Of a stretch of 64,000 nt of DNA, positions 28,562 through 41,661 are shown one piece after another. Numbering within the stretch: position 1 is the first letter of the stretch; the number at the start of each line of letters is the position of its first letter. The stretch spans positions 19,344,001 to 19,408,000 of the forward strand of contig OX597830.1 in NCBI GenBank assembly GCA_951406725.2, written 5' to 3'. Source of the DNA: Octopus vulgaris. Its lineage: Eukaryota. Under the pieces are notes generated by a model that ran no database searches, was not told where the DNA came from, and saw only the letters and a list, made by a program, of their open reading frames with translations. Made by a program: the position numbers and the translations under genes.

Positions 28562-28885
28562 CAATGATTTTCAACCATTTTGTTTTTACCTGTGGACTCC
28601 TTTGATCACTATTCTATTCTAGCGCGCCCCGAAAGCCATCTGATGTTTAAATACTAGTTTTATAGACGCTTCTTTCAAAATACGTATTTTGTTCTTCACA
28701 CTTCAACCAGTTTAGGTTGAACTACGTAAAATGTTAAAGAAAGAAATCAAGTTGTTCCTTGCAATAAATACATCTATATGAACATTGTTTCATGAGCCCT
28801 TAAAATACTACTGTGGATCCTTAATTTACTATTTTACTTGCGTGGACTCCAAATTTCTTATAAGGACCCCATTTGAGAACCACTG
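28562..28885. mobile_element. hAT-type MITE (degenerate)
   Basis: CAATGATTTTCAACC...TTGAGAACCACTG termini. A second short hAT-like element lies at about 28992-29136. Confidence 0.5.
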
Positions 28886-30296
28886 GTTTAAGCAACCTTG
28901 TAATATTTTTTACATTGTCTTTTCAATTTTCAGAATTATTTAATAGTTTGTTCAACTTCTTCTTGGTTGCTTCTGACTAGTTCTGAACTACAACAGGCAT
29001 AGGCAACCTTTTATGAGAAGCAGGCTGCATGAAACATGACTTGTCATCAGGTGGGTCGCACTACTGAAAATAAAAGTAATTTTCTTTGGCGTGCTATTCG
29101 GAAAGATCCGCGGATCGGAGGTTGTCCAATGACTGATCTAGAACAATACTACTCAAAGTGGTGGTCGCGGACCGGTACCAGCCCGCGAGCCATTAGCTGC
29201 TGGTACACGGCGAGTTTCCAGAAAAGAAAGAAACATCACAAAATGCTTATATAATATTTATTTATTTACTCTTTTACTTGTTTCAGTCATTTGACTGCGG
29301 TCATGCTGGAGCACCGCCTTTAGTCGAGCAAATCGACCCCAGGACTTATTCTTTGTAAGCCCAGTACTTATTCTATCGGTCTAATTTGCCGACCCGCTAA
29401 ATTACGGGGACGTAACACAACAGCATCGGTTTTCAAGCGATGTTGGGGGGACTAACATAGACACACAAACATAGACACACATAAGCACACACACACACAC
29501 ATATATATATATGTATACGACGGGCATCTTTCAGTTTCCCTCTACCAAATCCACTCACAAGGCATTGGTCGGCCCGAGGCTATAGTAGAAGACACTTGCC
29601 CAAGGTGCCACACAGTGGGACTGAACCCGGAGCCACAAAATAAATATAAGATAAAAAAATGGTCAACTCTTATTATATTCATTATATGTATTGTTTCCGG
29701 TATAAATTAATATTACTAAGAAATATCACTGGTCCCTGGCACATTGGATGAAAAACACCCTGGTGGTATGCCCCATCAGATAGTTTGAGAAGCCTTTGTC
29801 TAGAGGATACTCATTGTTGATATGTATGACATAATGCAACAATGCATGGTATAACGTGGTCAGTTGTTACACCGTTGTGATGTTGCAGACTATAGATATG
29901 CGATGTGAAGTAAGGATGCCCAATATTCTAAAAGAAAGACAGAGAATGGGGCAGTCAAGGAAAGTATTCTAAGATGTCTCGTTAACATTCACTTGTTAAT
30001 AGTAAAAATTTCGTTTAAATATAAATATTTTTTTAAAGAAAGAGTGGTCTTAGGTAGATTAATATCAAAAGGATTTAGTAGCAGCCTCCCTAAATTCATT
30101 CACCTATTTCAAATTCTAGATCCTAAGTCTGAAAGAACATGCAAATTAGCTAGACCAGCCTTGTTACTGCTTCCCTCCTCAATATCTGAAATGTGTGTGT
30201 GTGTGTAGGGTCAGGTTTTAGCCAGGCCCATTGATCCACAAACTCAGGAAAGAAACAAAAGTTTCATTTCCTTGTAATCCATTTTCTCTAATTTAG

Positions 30297-30398
30297 GATC
30301 TGGCATCTTCATTTCGCCGAAGGGCGTTCTTGAAGCCAGCAAGTCTGTTGGATTGACCATGATTGTATGGCTTGGATGTGGTGTCATTACCATGCTCT
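30297..30398 (+). CDS. SLC7A9: SLC7A9-like coding exon 2
   Basis: TTTAG acceptor, then (G)[33 protein letters not shown], then GTGAGT donor. 102 nt, phase 1/1, contains the GSGIF motif. Confidence 0.93.
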
Positions 30399-32341
30399 GT
30401 GAGTACTTGCTTTATTTTTTTCTTTGTTCTCTGTTTTTCTCTCGTTCTCTCTCTTTCAATCTCTCTCTCACTCTATCTTACTCTTTAATCTATTTCCAGC
30501 ATTCTAAATTCTTCAGTAATACACAATTTTATCATAGTGTGTGTGTTAACTAAAGTACTGAGAAAATAGGAGAGTGAGAAATGGCTTTAAATGTTTACAC
30601 CTAATAAACCTAGATCTAGTCACACTCTTTTTTTGCCCTTTGCTACTTGGGCAGTTGGGTATTAAAAGCTGCAGAGAACTGCTGGAATCAAGCACTTGTC
30701 TGACGATGCTGAAAAGAGCTCAATGTAGATATAGGCGAAGAAACATGACCAGTAGACCTAGTTATGGATTCCATTGGTTATTTACGGGAATATAAGAAAA
30801 GAATTGGGTCCTTCTTCGGTCAGAATGGCCTAGTGGGCTGAAACTCAGACCTGGGAACACGGGTTCACAAAAAGAACGACCCAGGTTCAAATCCAGCTTG
30901 AGACAAGATTTTGGAAAGTTGTAGGAGGAAACCTAAGAGTCGTAAAGTGGGTGGGCCCGGCTCCCGTAGAGTGTCATGTATAAGGGCTGGAACGCTTGTT
31001 GGGTGGGAGTTCTTCCTCTAAACATCTCTCTAGCTTTATGTTCGCCCTGCGGCGAGTTTCTGTTTCTATTTTATGGACTCAACCATGTTCTAAAATAAGT
31101 CGAAAGGTAAGCTACTATAAATCGGCACCAACTTTCCGGACAACCCAATACATTGAGATCTTTACTAGGTTATTAATCTCACAATGCACATATATATATT
31201 GTATCTCACAATACATTATATATATGTGTATATATGCCTCTATTTATTTTTTTTTACTAGCTTTTCACGTCTTTTCTGAAGATTGTGTTGGTGAGATCTT
31301 TTATCTATTTTCTTGTTTCAGTCATTGGACTGTGACCATGCTGGGGCACCACCTTGAAATATTTTTTTTTAGTTGAACACATTACCCTCAGTACTTATGT
31401 TTTTTTTTCTTTTTTTAAAATTCTTGTAATTATTCTATCAGTTTCGTTTGTGAACTGCTAACTGATGATCTTCAATATACCAGCAGCAGTTGTTGAGCAA
31501 TGGGTTGGAAGGCTGGTGACAAACAAAGACAGAAAAATAAACACTCTTACATAATGGGCTGCCACACAGTTTCCATCTACCAAATTTACTTACAAAATAT
31601 TGATTGGCCTGGGGTTTTAGGAAAAGACACTTGATCTTCATTTTAGCATTTGAACGATGCCACCCCCACTGGTTAGGAGAGCAGACCGACATTGCATTTG
31701 ATCAGAAGACTAATTCATCACGGGGTTAACAATTCACAGCTGAGTGGACTGGAGCAATGTGAAATGAAGTGTTATGCTCAAGGACACAATATGCAGAGTT
31801 GGTCTGACAAGTGAAATCAAGAACTCTCAATTGTGGATCAACATCCTTTACCTCTAAATCACATACCTTCATGTACGTATTTCACCTTTTAAAATTTCTT
31901 AATATGCTTCTCATAGTCAACCACTCAGTTGTAAAATCGACAACATAAGCCATTTTAAATTAGCTTGTGTAGGCAAACAGGATCAAATTAAATCAGGTGT
32001 GCTTTGGTATTCTTACTTCTTTGTGGGTCAGAACGACATACAAGATTACTCAGCATTTACGAAGTTGTATACTGTTGCGTACAATAGTAATACAGGCCAT
32101 TACTGTTGCATACAGTGGTAATGTGGTTGTAACATGGCTGAAAATATAAACAGGCTTGTTTCCATAGATGCAAGCATGGCTGTATGGGTAAGAAATACAC
32201 TTTGTAACCACATGGTTTTGGGTTCAGTCCCACTGCACGACACTTTGGCCAAGTGTCTTTTACTGTAGCCCCAGGCTGACCAATGTCTTTGGGTTAGAAA
32301 ATGTCTGTGAATTTGGTAGATGGAAACTGTTTGGAAGTCTG

Positions 32342-32423
<82 letters not shown>

Positions 32424-33264
32424 TCTTTTTTTCCACCACTGCTTGACAACCAGTGTTGGTTTATTTATGTCTCTGGGAAACAAGCAGATTGCAAAAGAGA
32501 CCAATAGTATCAGTACCAGACTTAAAAACGATAAGCACTGGGGTTAGTTTGTTTGGCTAAATACTTTCAGTCAGTGGCTCAGAATGACTGCAGTCCAATG
32601 ACTTAAGATAAAAGCTAATCTCAAAGTCCTGGGTTCTATCCAACTGAGGGGCACCATGGGCAAGTGTCATTTATCATGACATTGAGTGACGCCAGATTTT
32701 GTGAATAAAAAATATGAAGACAGAAACGGTGTGAAAAGTTTTGGGGATGAATGTTACTTGTGATTTAATCCTTTGGCATTCGGATTCCTCTGTCAGATGT
32801 AATGCTTATTTATTCCCATTGCCAAAACAGACCATGGAACCTGGTGTGGCACCTGGCCTTGTCAGCTCCTGTCAAAATGTCCAATCCATGCCATCATGGA
32901 AAACAGAAAATGATGATATGTTGATATTTTGAATTAATTATGCATTGTCTTGTAATTTTGAGATTTTGATTACGTGATTCGTTATTTTTAGAATGACATT
33001 GTAGGGTAGGTGTGAGAGGCTGGATCTGGTCAATTTGAACAGAAAACAGGTAGAATATTTGAGCTGGATTTGGATGGTTTCAATGTCAAAAGGATTAAAA
33101 ATCTACCCTTGTCTTACATCATGTCGTGCTCACTCTGTCCAAAGATTATTTTAAGGTACACATGTTTCTGTGGAATACTCAGTCACTTAAGTGCTAATTC
33201 AATGAGCAAGTAGTTTAATTGACTGAATGAAGAAAGAGTCATCATTGAAGATATCATTGTTAGA

Positions 33265-33680
33265 ATCCTTTTGTCTCGGAAGACAATGGAGTTGCGCATA
33301 AACTAAACCAGTCCGGGTTTTACATTTCATGTCCTCTCCAGTTTCCTCTTCAGTTTTGCGCAGACCTAGGCTAGATGTAAGAAAATCCTGGGTAGTCCAA
33401 TCGTCAGGATTCTTCTATCGACCTTGCTGATGTAGTCCGAAGAAGCGCAAAGCATTACGTTTGGCACCAGCTTGGTTGCAGGGGCTACTGGAAGAGTGTT
33501 GAGTCGAACATTAAACCACCAACGGTGCTCCTCTCTGGATTTGTTTTAAGGTTGTCTCCTTTCCATAACCCTGGATAGGGACCCATACTAAGTACTGTCA
33601 GCACGAGCCAGCTGAGCCGAGGACTTGTGTCAGGCAGGGTCGTCACTCCCTGAAGTATTGAAGAAAATCGCTACCCACTA
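33265..33680 (+). mobile_element. Probable RTE-type LINE 5'-UTR fragment
   Basis: GC-richer island containing GCATTACGTTTGGCACCAGCTTGGTTGCAGG, recalled as typical of RTE 5' regions. Confidence 0.35.
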
Positions 33681-35004
33681 CCTACCCAGATATCATAAAT
33701 ATCCATTAATTTAGCATTTCCATATATGGGCATCTTTGCATGTGTGTATACTTGCCTGTGTATACTTGTGTGTGTGTGTGTGTGTGTGTTTTACAATGTT
33801 TACACTCTCGTCTGGGTGGGATATTCATATCTTTTATAAAGTGTTTCAATATTCTTTGCCAACCACTCAGCTATGAAACTATAACCCAAATTATTTTAAA
33901 TTCATCTCTTAGTCAAGGCACATAATCTGGATCAAACTAGATAAAGTGTCATTATGTTATGTCAGTGTAACATACTCATGCACATTATTGTCATAAATGT
34001 GTTACAGTAATTCATTATTATGAATCTGGCAGCCCAGTAAAAACTATGTTCTGCTGAAAAGGTCTAATAAGAACAAAATATGTTCAGTAATGTTATCATG
34101 TGTACCAAAAACCAGAATAATAGCTTCCCCATACCGCTATATTCTTATTCTTCCTTAAATGAGATTTTAATGTTGGTTTAAAAGCACATCCGAGCATGGT
34201 CATTGCCAGGTCCACGGATTGGCTCTCGTGCCAGTGGCATGTGAAAAGCACCATTTGAGCGTGATCATTGCCAGAGTCGCCCTACCGGCACATGTGCCGG
34301 TGGCATGTGAAAAACAACACTCGAGCGTTGTTGTTGCCAGTGCTGCCAGACAGGTAGCATGTAAAAAACATCTTTTGAGCATGGTCATTGCGAGAACCAC
34401 CTGACTGGCTCTCATGCTGGTGTCACGTAAAAGCACCCACTACACTCTTGGAGTGGTTGGCGTTAGGAAGGGCATCCAGCTGTAGAAACTTTGCCAGATC
34501 AGACTGAGCCTGGTGTAGCATACTGGCTCACCAGTCCTCAGTCAAACCGTTCAACCCATGCCAGCATGGAAAGCGGACGTTAAACGATGATGATGTGCAT
34601 TTTGACTGTTTGAAATTCAGAGTTATCTCCCTTGTAAACAGACTAACCTGTCTGTCCAATATTTATTTCTCCACATTATAGGTAGTCTCTTCCTCAATCA
34701 ATGCTTTCTGGTTTGGGACATTGTCTTAGTGCTCACTTTTCTAAATGAAATGTAATCATGTCTTGAGCTTGGGAACACAGCGCAGTGTTCTGTAATAATA
34801 ATTTGATGTGTGGTCTTATAAGCATGTAAGACCGGATAAATTCACCTTTTTTCGTTCTATTTGGTCAATGGTTCTATGAAATCCATTGCTCTTCAGTGCG
34901 GCAGTGATGATCTTGTTCGGCGGATCGCCACTAGCAATCGTCCATGCTCTTAGCAGATGATATATGGCGGATCGCCACTAGCAATCTTCCATGCTCTTAG
35001 CAGA

Positions 35005-35075
<71 letters not shown>

Positions 35076-35081
35076 CATATT

Positions 35082-35117
<36 letters not shown>

Positions 35118-35194
35118 TATATATATACTTATATACATATATACATATATATATATATACACACATATATATATATATATACATATATATATAC

Positions 35195-35261
<67 letters not shown>

Positions 35262-35290
35262 TATACATATATATATACATATATATATAC

Positions 35291-35364
<74 letters not shown>

Positions 35365-36643
35365 TTCCGGTTTTCGTAGAGGAAAGATGCGTATGATTTT
35401 GCTATGTGAAAAAACAAAACGGTTTGCATAAATCGACGAAATAATCTAAAACGAACAAAACGTAGAACTTGTTAACTCATAACAATCTACTAAAATACAT
35501 TAATTAAAAATATATTAATTAAAAACGTAATATATTTCGCTTGAAGCCAGATATAATACAGTAAAGTTAGTTACGCATGCTAGATTCTTCGCCGAAACGC
35601 ACGTGGTGGCAAATCTTTAATTTATCTCCAGCCAAATGTAATAAGGAAAAAGAATTGTTTTCTTTTCTGTTTTGAAAGAAAACTTCTTCACAGAAGCACG
35701 AGGGTTTGGACTGTACCTTTTACGATATGTATCGCTTCCATTTGTTTTATTATTCCTTTATTTTCCTTTAATATAAGCTAACATCTCAGTTACGATTTAC
35801 GAAGCCATCTTTGTTTACATTCTGAGAATAACTTTCTTTCAATTTCTGTTTCGCTTTCAATTTACCTTTAATGTCATCTCTATAAAACCAACATTTAAAA
35901 ATTCTTTTCATATGTTTATTTTCCTGTAATTTAAGCTAACGACTGAGTTAGAAATATATATAATCGTAATTAGTTTAGAATTAAATAATTCTATCATTTC
36001 CTCACTCTCTTCTACCTCCTCTCTCCTCCTTTACATATATTCCCCCACTTCCAGCTCCTTTCTCCCTTCCTTTATCTCTCTTTACGCTTACCTTTTCCCT
36101 CTCTCTTGCATATATTACTCTTTTTCTCATCCCTCTCTCTCCCTTTCATATCCTCCTCTTCTCTCATTTCTTTTTTTCTTTCCATCTCACATCTACTTCT
36201 CCTCTCGTCACCTCACCCTCTCTCTAATTTACTTCTCATTCGCCCATTCTTCTCACTCCGTCTCTCCCGCTCTCTCACATCCTTCATCCTGTCTCTCCTT
36301 CACTCTGTCTCTCTTTCTCTTGCTATCCTCTCCCCCCTGTTTTTCTCTTCCCCTCCTCTCCTACACTCTGCCTCTCTTTCTCTTCCCCTCTTCTCCTTCA
36401 CGCTGTCTCTCCTTCTATTCCCCTCCTCTCCCCCTCCCCTACCTTCCTCTATCTCTTTAACACATCTCACCGCCTTGCTTTCCTCCTATCACCCTCTCGA
36501 TTTCTTTCATAGCATCTCTCTCTTTCCTTCCTATCTCCCTCTCTCTTTCCCTATTTCTCCCCTCTGTGTTTCTTCGTCTCTACCTCTCTCTATCTCTCAG
36601 TACCTCTCCAGCCTCTACTCCCCCTCTGGGATTAAAAACGAAG

Positions 36644-37600
36644 ATGGCATTAAAGTGGGAAAAGAAAGAGTTAAATCTTTTGCTAAGAGCATGAACGATT
36701 GCTAGTGGCGATCCGCCAAACAACATCATCACTGCCGCGCTAAAGAACAATGGATTTCATAGTACCATTGACCAAATAGAACGAAAAAAAGGTGAATTTA
36801 TCCGGTCTTACATGCTTATAAGACCACACATCAAAACATTGGATAACATAATTGAAAATTATTGTGGCAAGGCTGATGAGGATGAAGAGGACCAAAAAGA
36901 GAAGGAACCCAGAAGTCTTTGTGATCCAGGGGTTCCTCAGGAAAATGGATCACCTTCCCCGGTGAACAACCAGGTAGTGAAGGATAGGGAAGCCAAGGGA
37001 GCAGAAACCGGAAGCCCCCCTGTACCAGTGGTCCTACAAAGAAATGAGAAATTAGAAAAACAGAAGAAAAAAGGAAGGACCGAAAACAAAAATAAGGAGG
37101 GAAAGGTAAAAAAAGGCAAAACAACCAAAGCTGAAACCCCAACCCACCACACAAATAGCAGAGAACCCCATGGAGGATCCAATGCCACCCAGTACACTTC
37201 AGGAAAGAAGAAATCTGGAAGGTACCGAAGAACCTGTAAGTTGTACCCGCAGGGCAAATGTTGGCATGGGGAGAACGGCAAAAACTGCCGGTTCACCCAC
37301 CCGACACCCCGCCAGAACTTCAGGGGACTCAAAGAGAAGAGCTTTTCTGAAGGAAGACAAGAAATGTCTCCCAGGAAAACTTTCAAAAAAGAAGTGCGCT
37401 CCTCAGATGTTCTGCATAACGCAGCAGCTGAGCAAGAGTCTTTTTTATGCATGGCGCAAAGAATTGTCCGGCAGCTAACCTGGCTACACCAAGCACAGAG
37501 AAGGAAACCTGCCCACCACTATGCAAGACCATCACAGCCAACAAACACGGGATGGCCTCCCCTAACGCCTGCACAGCCGTCACCACAATACTTTTACTAA
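36644..37600 (+). pseudogene. LINE ORF1 with N-terminal Myb/SANT-like domain and CCCH zinc finger (one premature TGA)
   Basis: ATG at 36644 is in frame with ORF 36812-37600. TGA at 36692 is TGG in the inverted copies near 34945 and 34990. Contains CKLYPQGKCWHGENGKNCRFTH. Confidence 0.72.
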
Positions 37601-38225
37601 ATATTGGGGGCCTGTTGCATCAAAATAGAAACAAAATTTCTTTCCTGGGAGATCTTACTGCATGCAATCAAGCCCTATGCATAACACTCGTGGAAACTCA
37701 CCTCAGCCCTGATATAGAGGACGCAGAAGTACACATACCAAACTATGCCATACTGCGAACAGACAGAAGGGAAAGGAGCCATGGTGGAGTTGCTGTATAC
37801 ATCCGAGATGACCTCACACCCCAGGTCTTGATGACATATTCAAATTCGGTATGTGACACTTTAATTGTATACATAAGATAACATAATATAGTCATATGCA
37901 ATACATATTGCCCACCCGATGCCCCAAATCACATAGGCAAGTTTGAAGATTGCCTCACAAGAATTAAAGAAATCCTCATGAATCTGGAACACCACGTGAC
38001 CATATTTCTTATGGGTGATTTCAACTTCCCCAACGTCAAATGGCCCGAAGGTCTCATACTCTCAGGAATGACTTATTGCAAGCAAGTACAGGTGGAGTCC
38101 CTGCTCAACATCACCAACGCCTTATTCATGGAACAAGTTGTACTCAAACCAACTAGGGCGAATAACATTTTGGATCTCTGCTTCACGAACAATATGGACA
38201 TCATTCATGATGTGAAAGTGACACC

Positions 38226-38333
<108 letters not shown>

Positions 38334-38348
38334 TTATATATATTATAT

Positions 38349-38405
<57 letters not shown>

Positions 38406-38520
38406 GTATATATATATATGAGTATATGTATATATGTGTTTATATATATAGGTTTATATATATGTATATATATATATACATATATATATATGTATATATA
38501 TATGTATATATGTATTTACA

Positions 38521-38572
<52 letters not shown>

Positions 38573-38973
38573 GAGGGAGATAAATTAATATTAATTTTAA
38601 TTTTAATTTAAAACCAGTAGTCTAGCATACAAAAAACTGAAAAATCAGAGAAAAATTCTAATACATGTGTATATTGACAGGGCAAGACTGCTAGGTAGTG
38701 TGCTAGGTAGACTGCTACTGGTTTTAAATTGAAATTAAAATTAATATTAATTTATCTCCCTCATTATTTAAATATTGAAATAAATACGTTCTCTAGTAGC
38801 CAGCACTAACCGCAGTGAATTATTTACTGCAGTTCTTCGCTTCAGGAATTTTTAGCGCGCCGGAACTAAGACATTTGAAATTTTTCCCTAATGTAATCGG
38901 TAAAACTAAAGACGTGTCTGTTTTGGCACAGAAAGCTGGGGTTAGTTTTTTCAAATTACGTTTATTCTGAACG

Positions 38974-39050
38974 ATCGTACTGACGAGGCCACGGACATTT
39001 GAATTATGTAAGTAATTCTTTTGTTAAAGGCTGAAACCGAGGTATGCGAT
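38974..39050 (+). ncRNA. Type I hammerhead ribozyme motif, sense to host intron 2
   Basis: AUCGUA-CUGACGA-GGCC..GGCU-GAAA-CCGAGG-UA-UGCGAU; intact core, GUA triplet. Confidence 0.8.
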
Positions 39051-39873
39051 TAATTCTGTTTTTATATAAATTTTCATCTGTCCTGCCCGCCAAATTTGGT
39101 TCTGGTGTTCGCTAAATTTTCCTCTAGAGAACATTCTTTGTAGTTTGATCGTTGATGATCTATTTCTAGCATGCGGCCGACTGCCTAGTAGTCTTGTCTT
39201 GTCAATATATATATATATATACCAGAGTTAAGGAAAACATGATGGTCCTCTGGCGGACATTCATCCTCAGCCGCCTGGATTACTGCTCACAGCTATGGTC
39301 ACCCACCAGTGTTAAGTTAACAGCGGACCTTGAGGCAATCCAGAGAAGATTCACAAAGAAGTTTGTCTCTTTGGAACAGCTCAGCTACTGGGAAAGGTTG
39401 AAACAGCTAAGACTCTACTCCCTAGAGAGAAGACTGGAGAGGTATGCAGTAATATATGTCTGGAAGATCCTGGAAAGAATTGTGCCAAATTTTGGCATTG
39501 CAAGCTACTCCAATACTAGAACGAGACGACACTGCATAGTGCCAAAGATCCCAGCAATGCCATCACGCTTCAGGACCAGTTTCTTCAACAGCCTGGGTTT
39601 CAAGGGCCCACAGATTTTTAATATTCTCCCAAAGAGTCTGAGGAACTTGCACAAAGTAGATGTAGCAGTTTTTAAATCAAAGCCGGACATCTTCCTGTCG
39701 AGAGTCCCCGATGAACCAACCTCACGGCAAGAGGTGCAAATGAGAATAGCTATGTCAAACTCCATTCTTCACCAAGTGCCACATATTAGAGGAGGTTCTT
39801 CGTAATAACAGTGTAGCACAAAACGGCGGGGCATCAGCATGGCCGCAGCTCTGAGCTGAAAAAAGCAAAACAA

Positions 39874-39992
<119 letters not shown>

Positions 39993-40046
39993 ACATATGT
40001 GTATATATATGTATATATATATATGTATATATATGTATATATATAT

Positions 40047-40084
<38 letters not shown>

Positions 40085-40273
40085 GAGTGTATTTTTACCT
40101 TGTTAACAATTAACACGGAAAAATAAATAAATAGTTAGCAGGGCAGCAAAAATTTCACAAGTAAAGATGTTGTAACTCCTTGTTTATAAAGGTTGAAACT
40201 TCGTATTTACATTGAATATTTTGAATAATATGAATAAAAAATGGAGTTAACGCAGGTTTAAACAAGTATTTTT

Positions 40274-40359
40274 ACTTTCGACACATGTTTCGAAAATTCC
40301 ACTGATACTATTCAAAATAATAAATGGTATAAACAATGCAATCTTCTCTTCGGGAAAGT
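40274..40359 (-). ncRNA. Hammerhead motif (U4C core variant) in PLE terminal repeat
   Basis: Reverse complement of 41115-41200. Confidence 0.7.
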
Positions 40360-41114
40360 GAAAAAAACGAAACTCGTCAATACGACATTTTAGCAAAAAA
40401 TGATGGATTTGTATAGCGATAGACAGAACGCTATTAATATTGTTTAAAAAAACGTTATATGATATAACGTCATAAGTAGTTAACAGAAAGAGTAGGGATA
40501 TTAATAGTGAATGTTAAATATAAAGGAAATTAAAGTTTAAATTATATATAATGATAGAGACTACTTATATGCACTAAATGTATGTTTCTGCCAATGCTTA
40601 CATCTGTATGCTCGTTCTATAACCGTGTTTACTAGAGTATTTTTAGGAAAAACAATGAAAAATAGCTCAGAATTGCAGAGAAGACAGAATTTCTTGCTTT
40701 TGTCATATGGTATCGAAATTGAGGGGATCAACCATTCTAAATGAAATTGTTCATTGTGGTCTTTTAAATCCCAAATCAGTTTGCTGAGACCGGTACTATT
40801 CCGTTTATTTCTATCCCTAAATGTTGAGTAATGGATAGAAATTCTTTTAGATAACTTTTACGATGTGCTTCCAATGTAAAATCGTACTTTATTACGAGTA
40901 CTGATTATACACTGGTATATAGAATTTTTAATCTTAGAGTCACTTGACATAAATTTAATTCTATTGGAATTGACTTCAGATACAATAACCTTGTTATTAA
41001 TATTTCTAGAGAGTTGGATGGTATTAGCTAAATTAATGTTAGTATTAGTAAATGTATTAATATTTAACAGTTTGTTATTATGAGAAGATATAATTTGCAA
41101 GAGATTTTTTTTTC

Positions 41115-41200
41115 ACTTTCCCGAAGAGAAGATTGCATTGTTTATACCATTTATTCTTTTGAATAGTATCAGTGGAATTTTCGAAACATGTGTCGAAAGT
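41115..41200 (+). ncRNA. Hammerhead motif (U4C core variant) in inverted PLE terminal repeat
   Basis: ACUUUC-CCGAAGA-GAAGAUU..AAUUUUC-GAAA-CAUGUG-UC-GAAAGU. Confidence 0.7.
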
Positions 41201-41239
41201 AAAAATACTTGTTTAAACCTGCGTTAACTCCATTTTTTA

Positions 41240-41308
<69 letters not shown>

Positions 41309-41576
41309 ATAAATATTAGGGAATAAATCCAAATTTACAGGGAAAAAATCAGATTTAGGATTAAATCCAATTTTGTAGTAAAATATAAAATATTATTAGA
41401 GACAAAACCACTATGTATTTTTACTTTCGACACATGAGGAGAGCACAGTCAAACGCAAGTATTTGACTGGTTCAATCTTCCAAGGTTTATAAAATAAAGT
41501 ACGTTATCAACTTTGGAAGGATGAAAGCTAAGTTGATCTAGGTGGGATTTGCAAAATAGTGGTTTTGTCTCTAATA

Positions 41577-41661
<85 letters not shown>

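Larger units (their letters stand above)
40080..41245 (-). mobile_element. Penelope-like 3' remnant with inverted pseudo-LTR
   Basis: NSIYQCIISTRNKVRFYIGSTS GIY-YIG motif; inverted arms at about 40229-40368 and 41106-41245. Confidence 0.83.

Noticed and set aside
34950-35431. Long YI/IY-, CV-, HT- and poly-I/L/Y-rich ORFs here and elsewhere (e.g. 55410-55785)
   Set aside because: These are translations of (TA)n, (TG)n and (TTA)n microsatellites, not genes.
36000-36630. 199-aa Ser/Leu-rich ORF (36106-36705)
   Set aside because: CT-rich low-complexity DNA. The GA-rich ORFs at 45782-46253 are likewise low-complexity.
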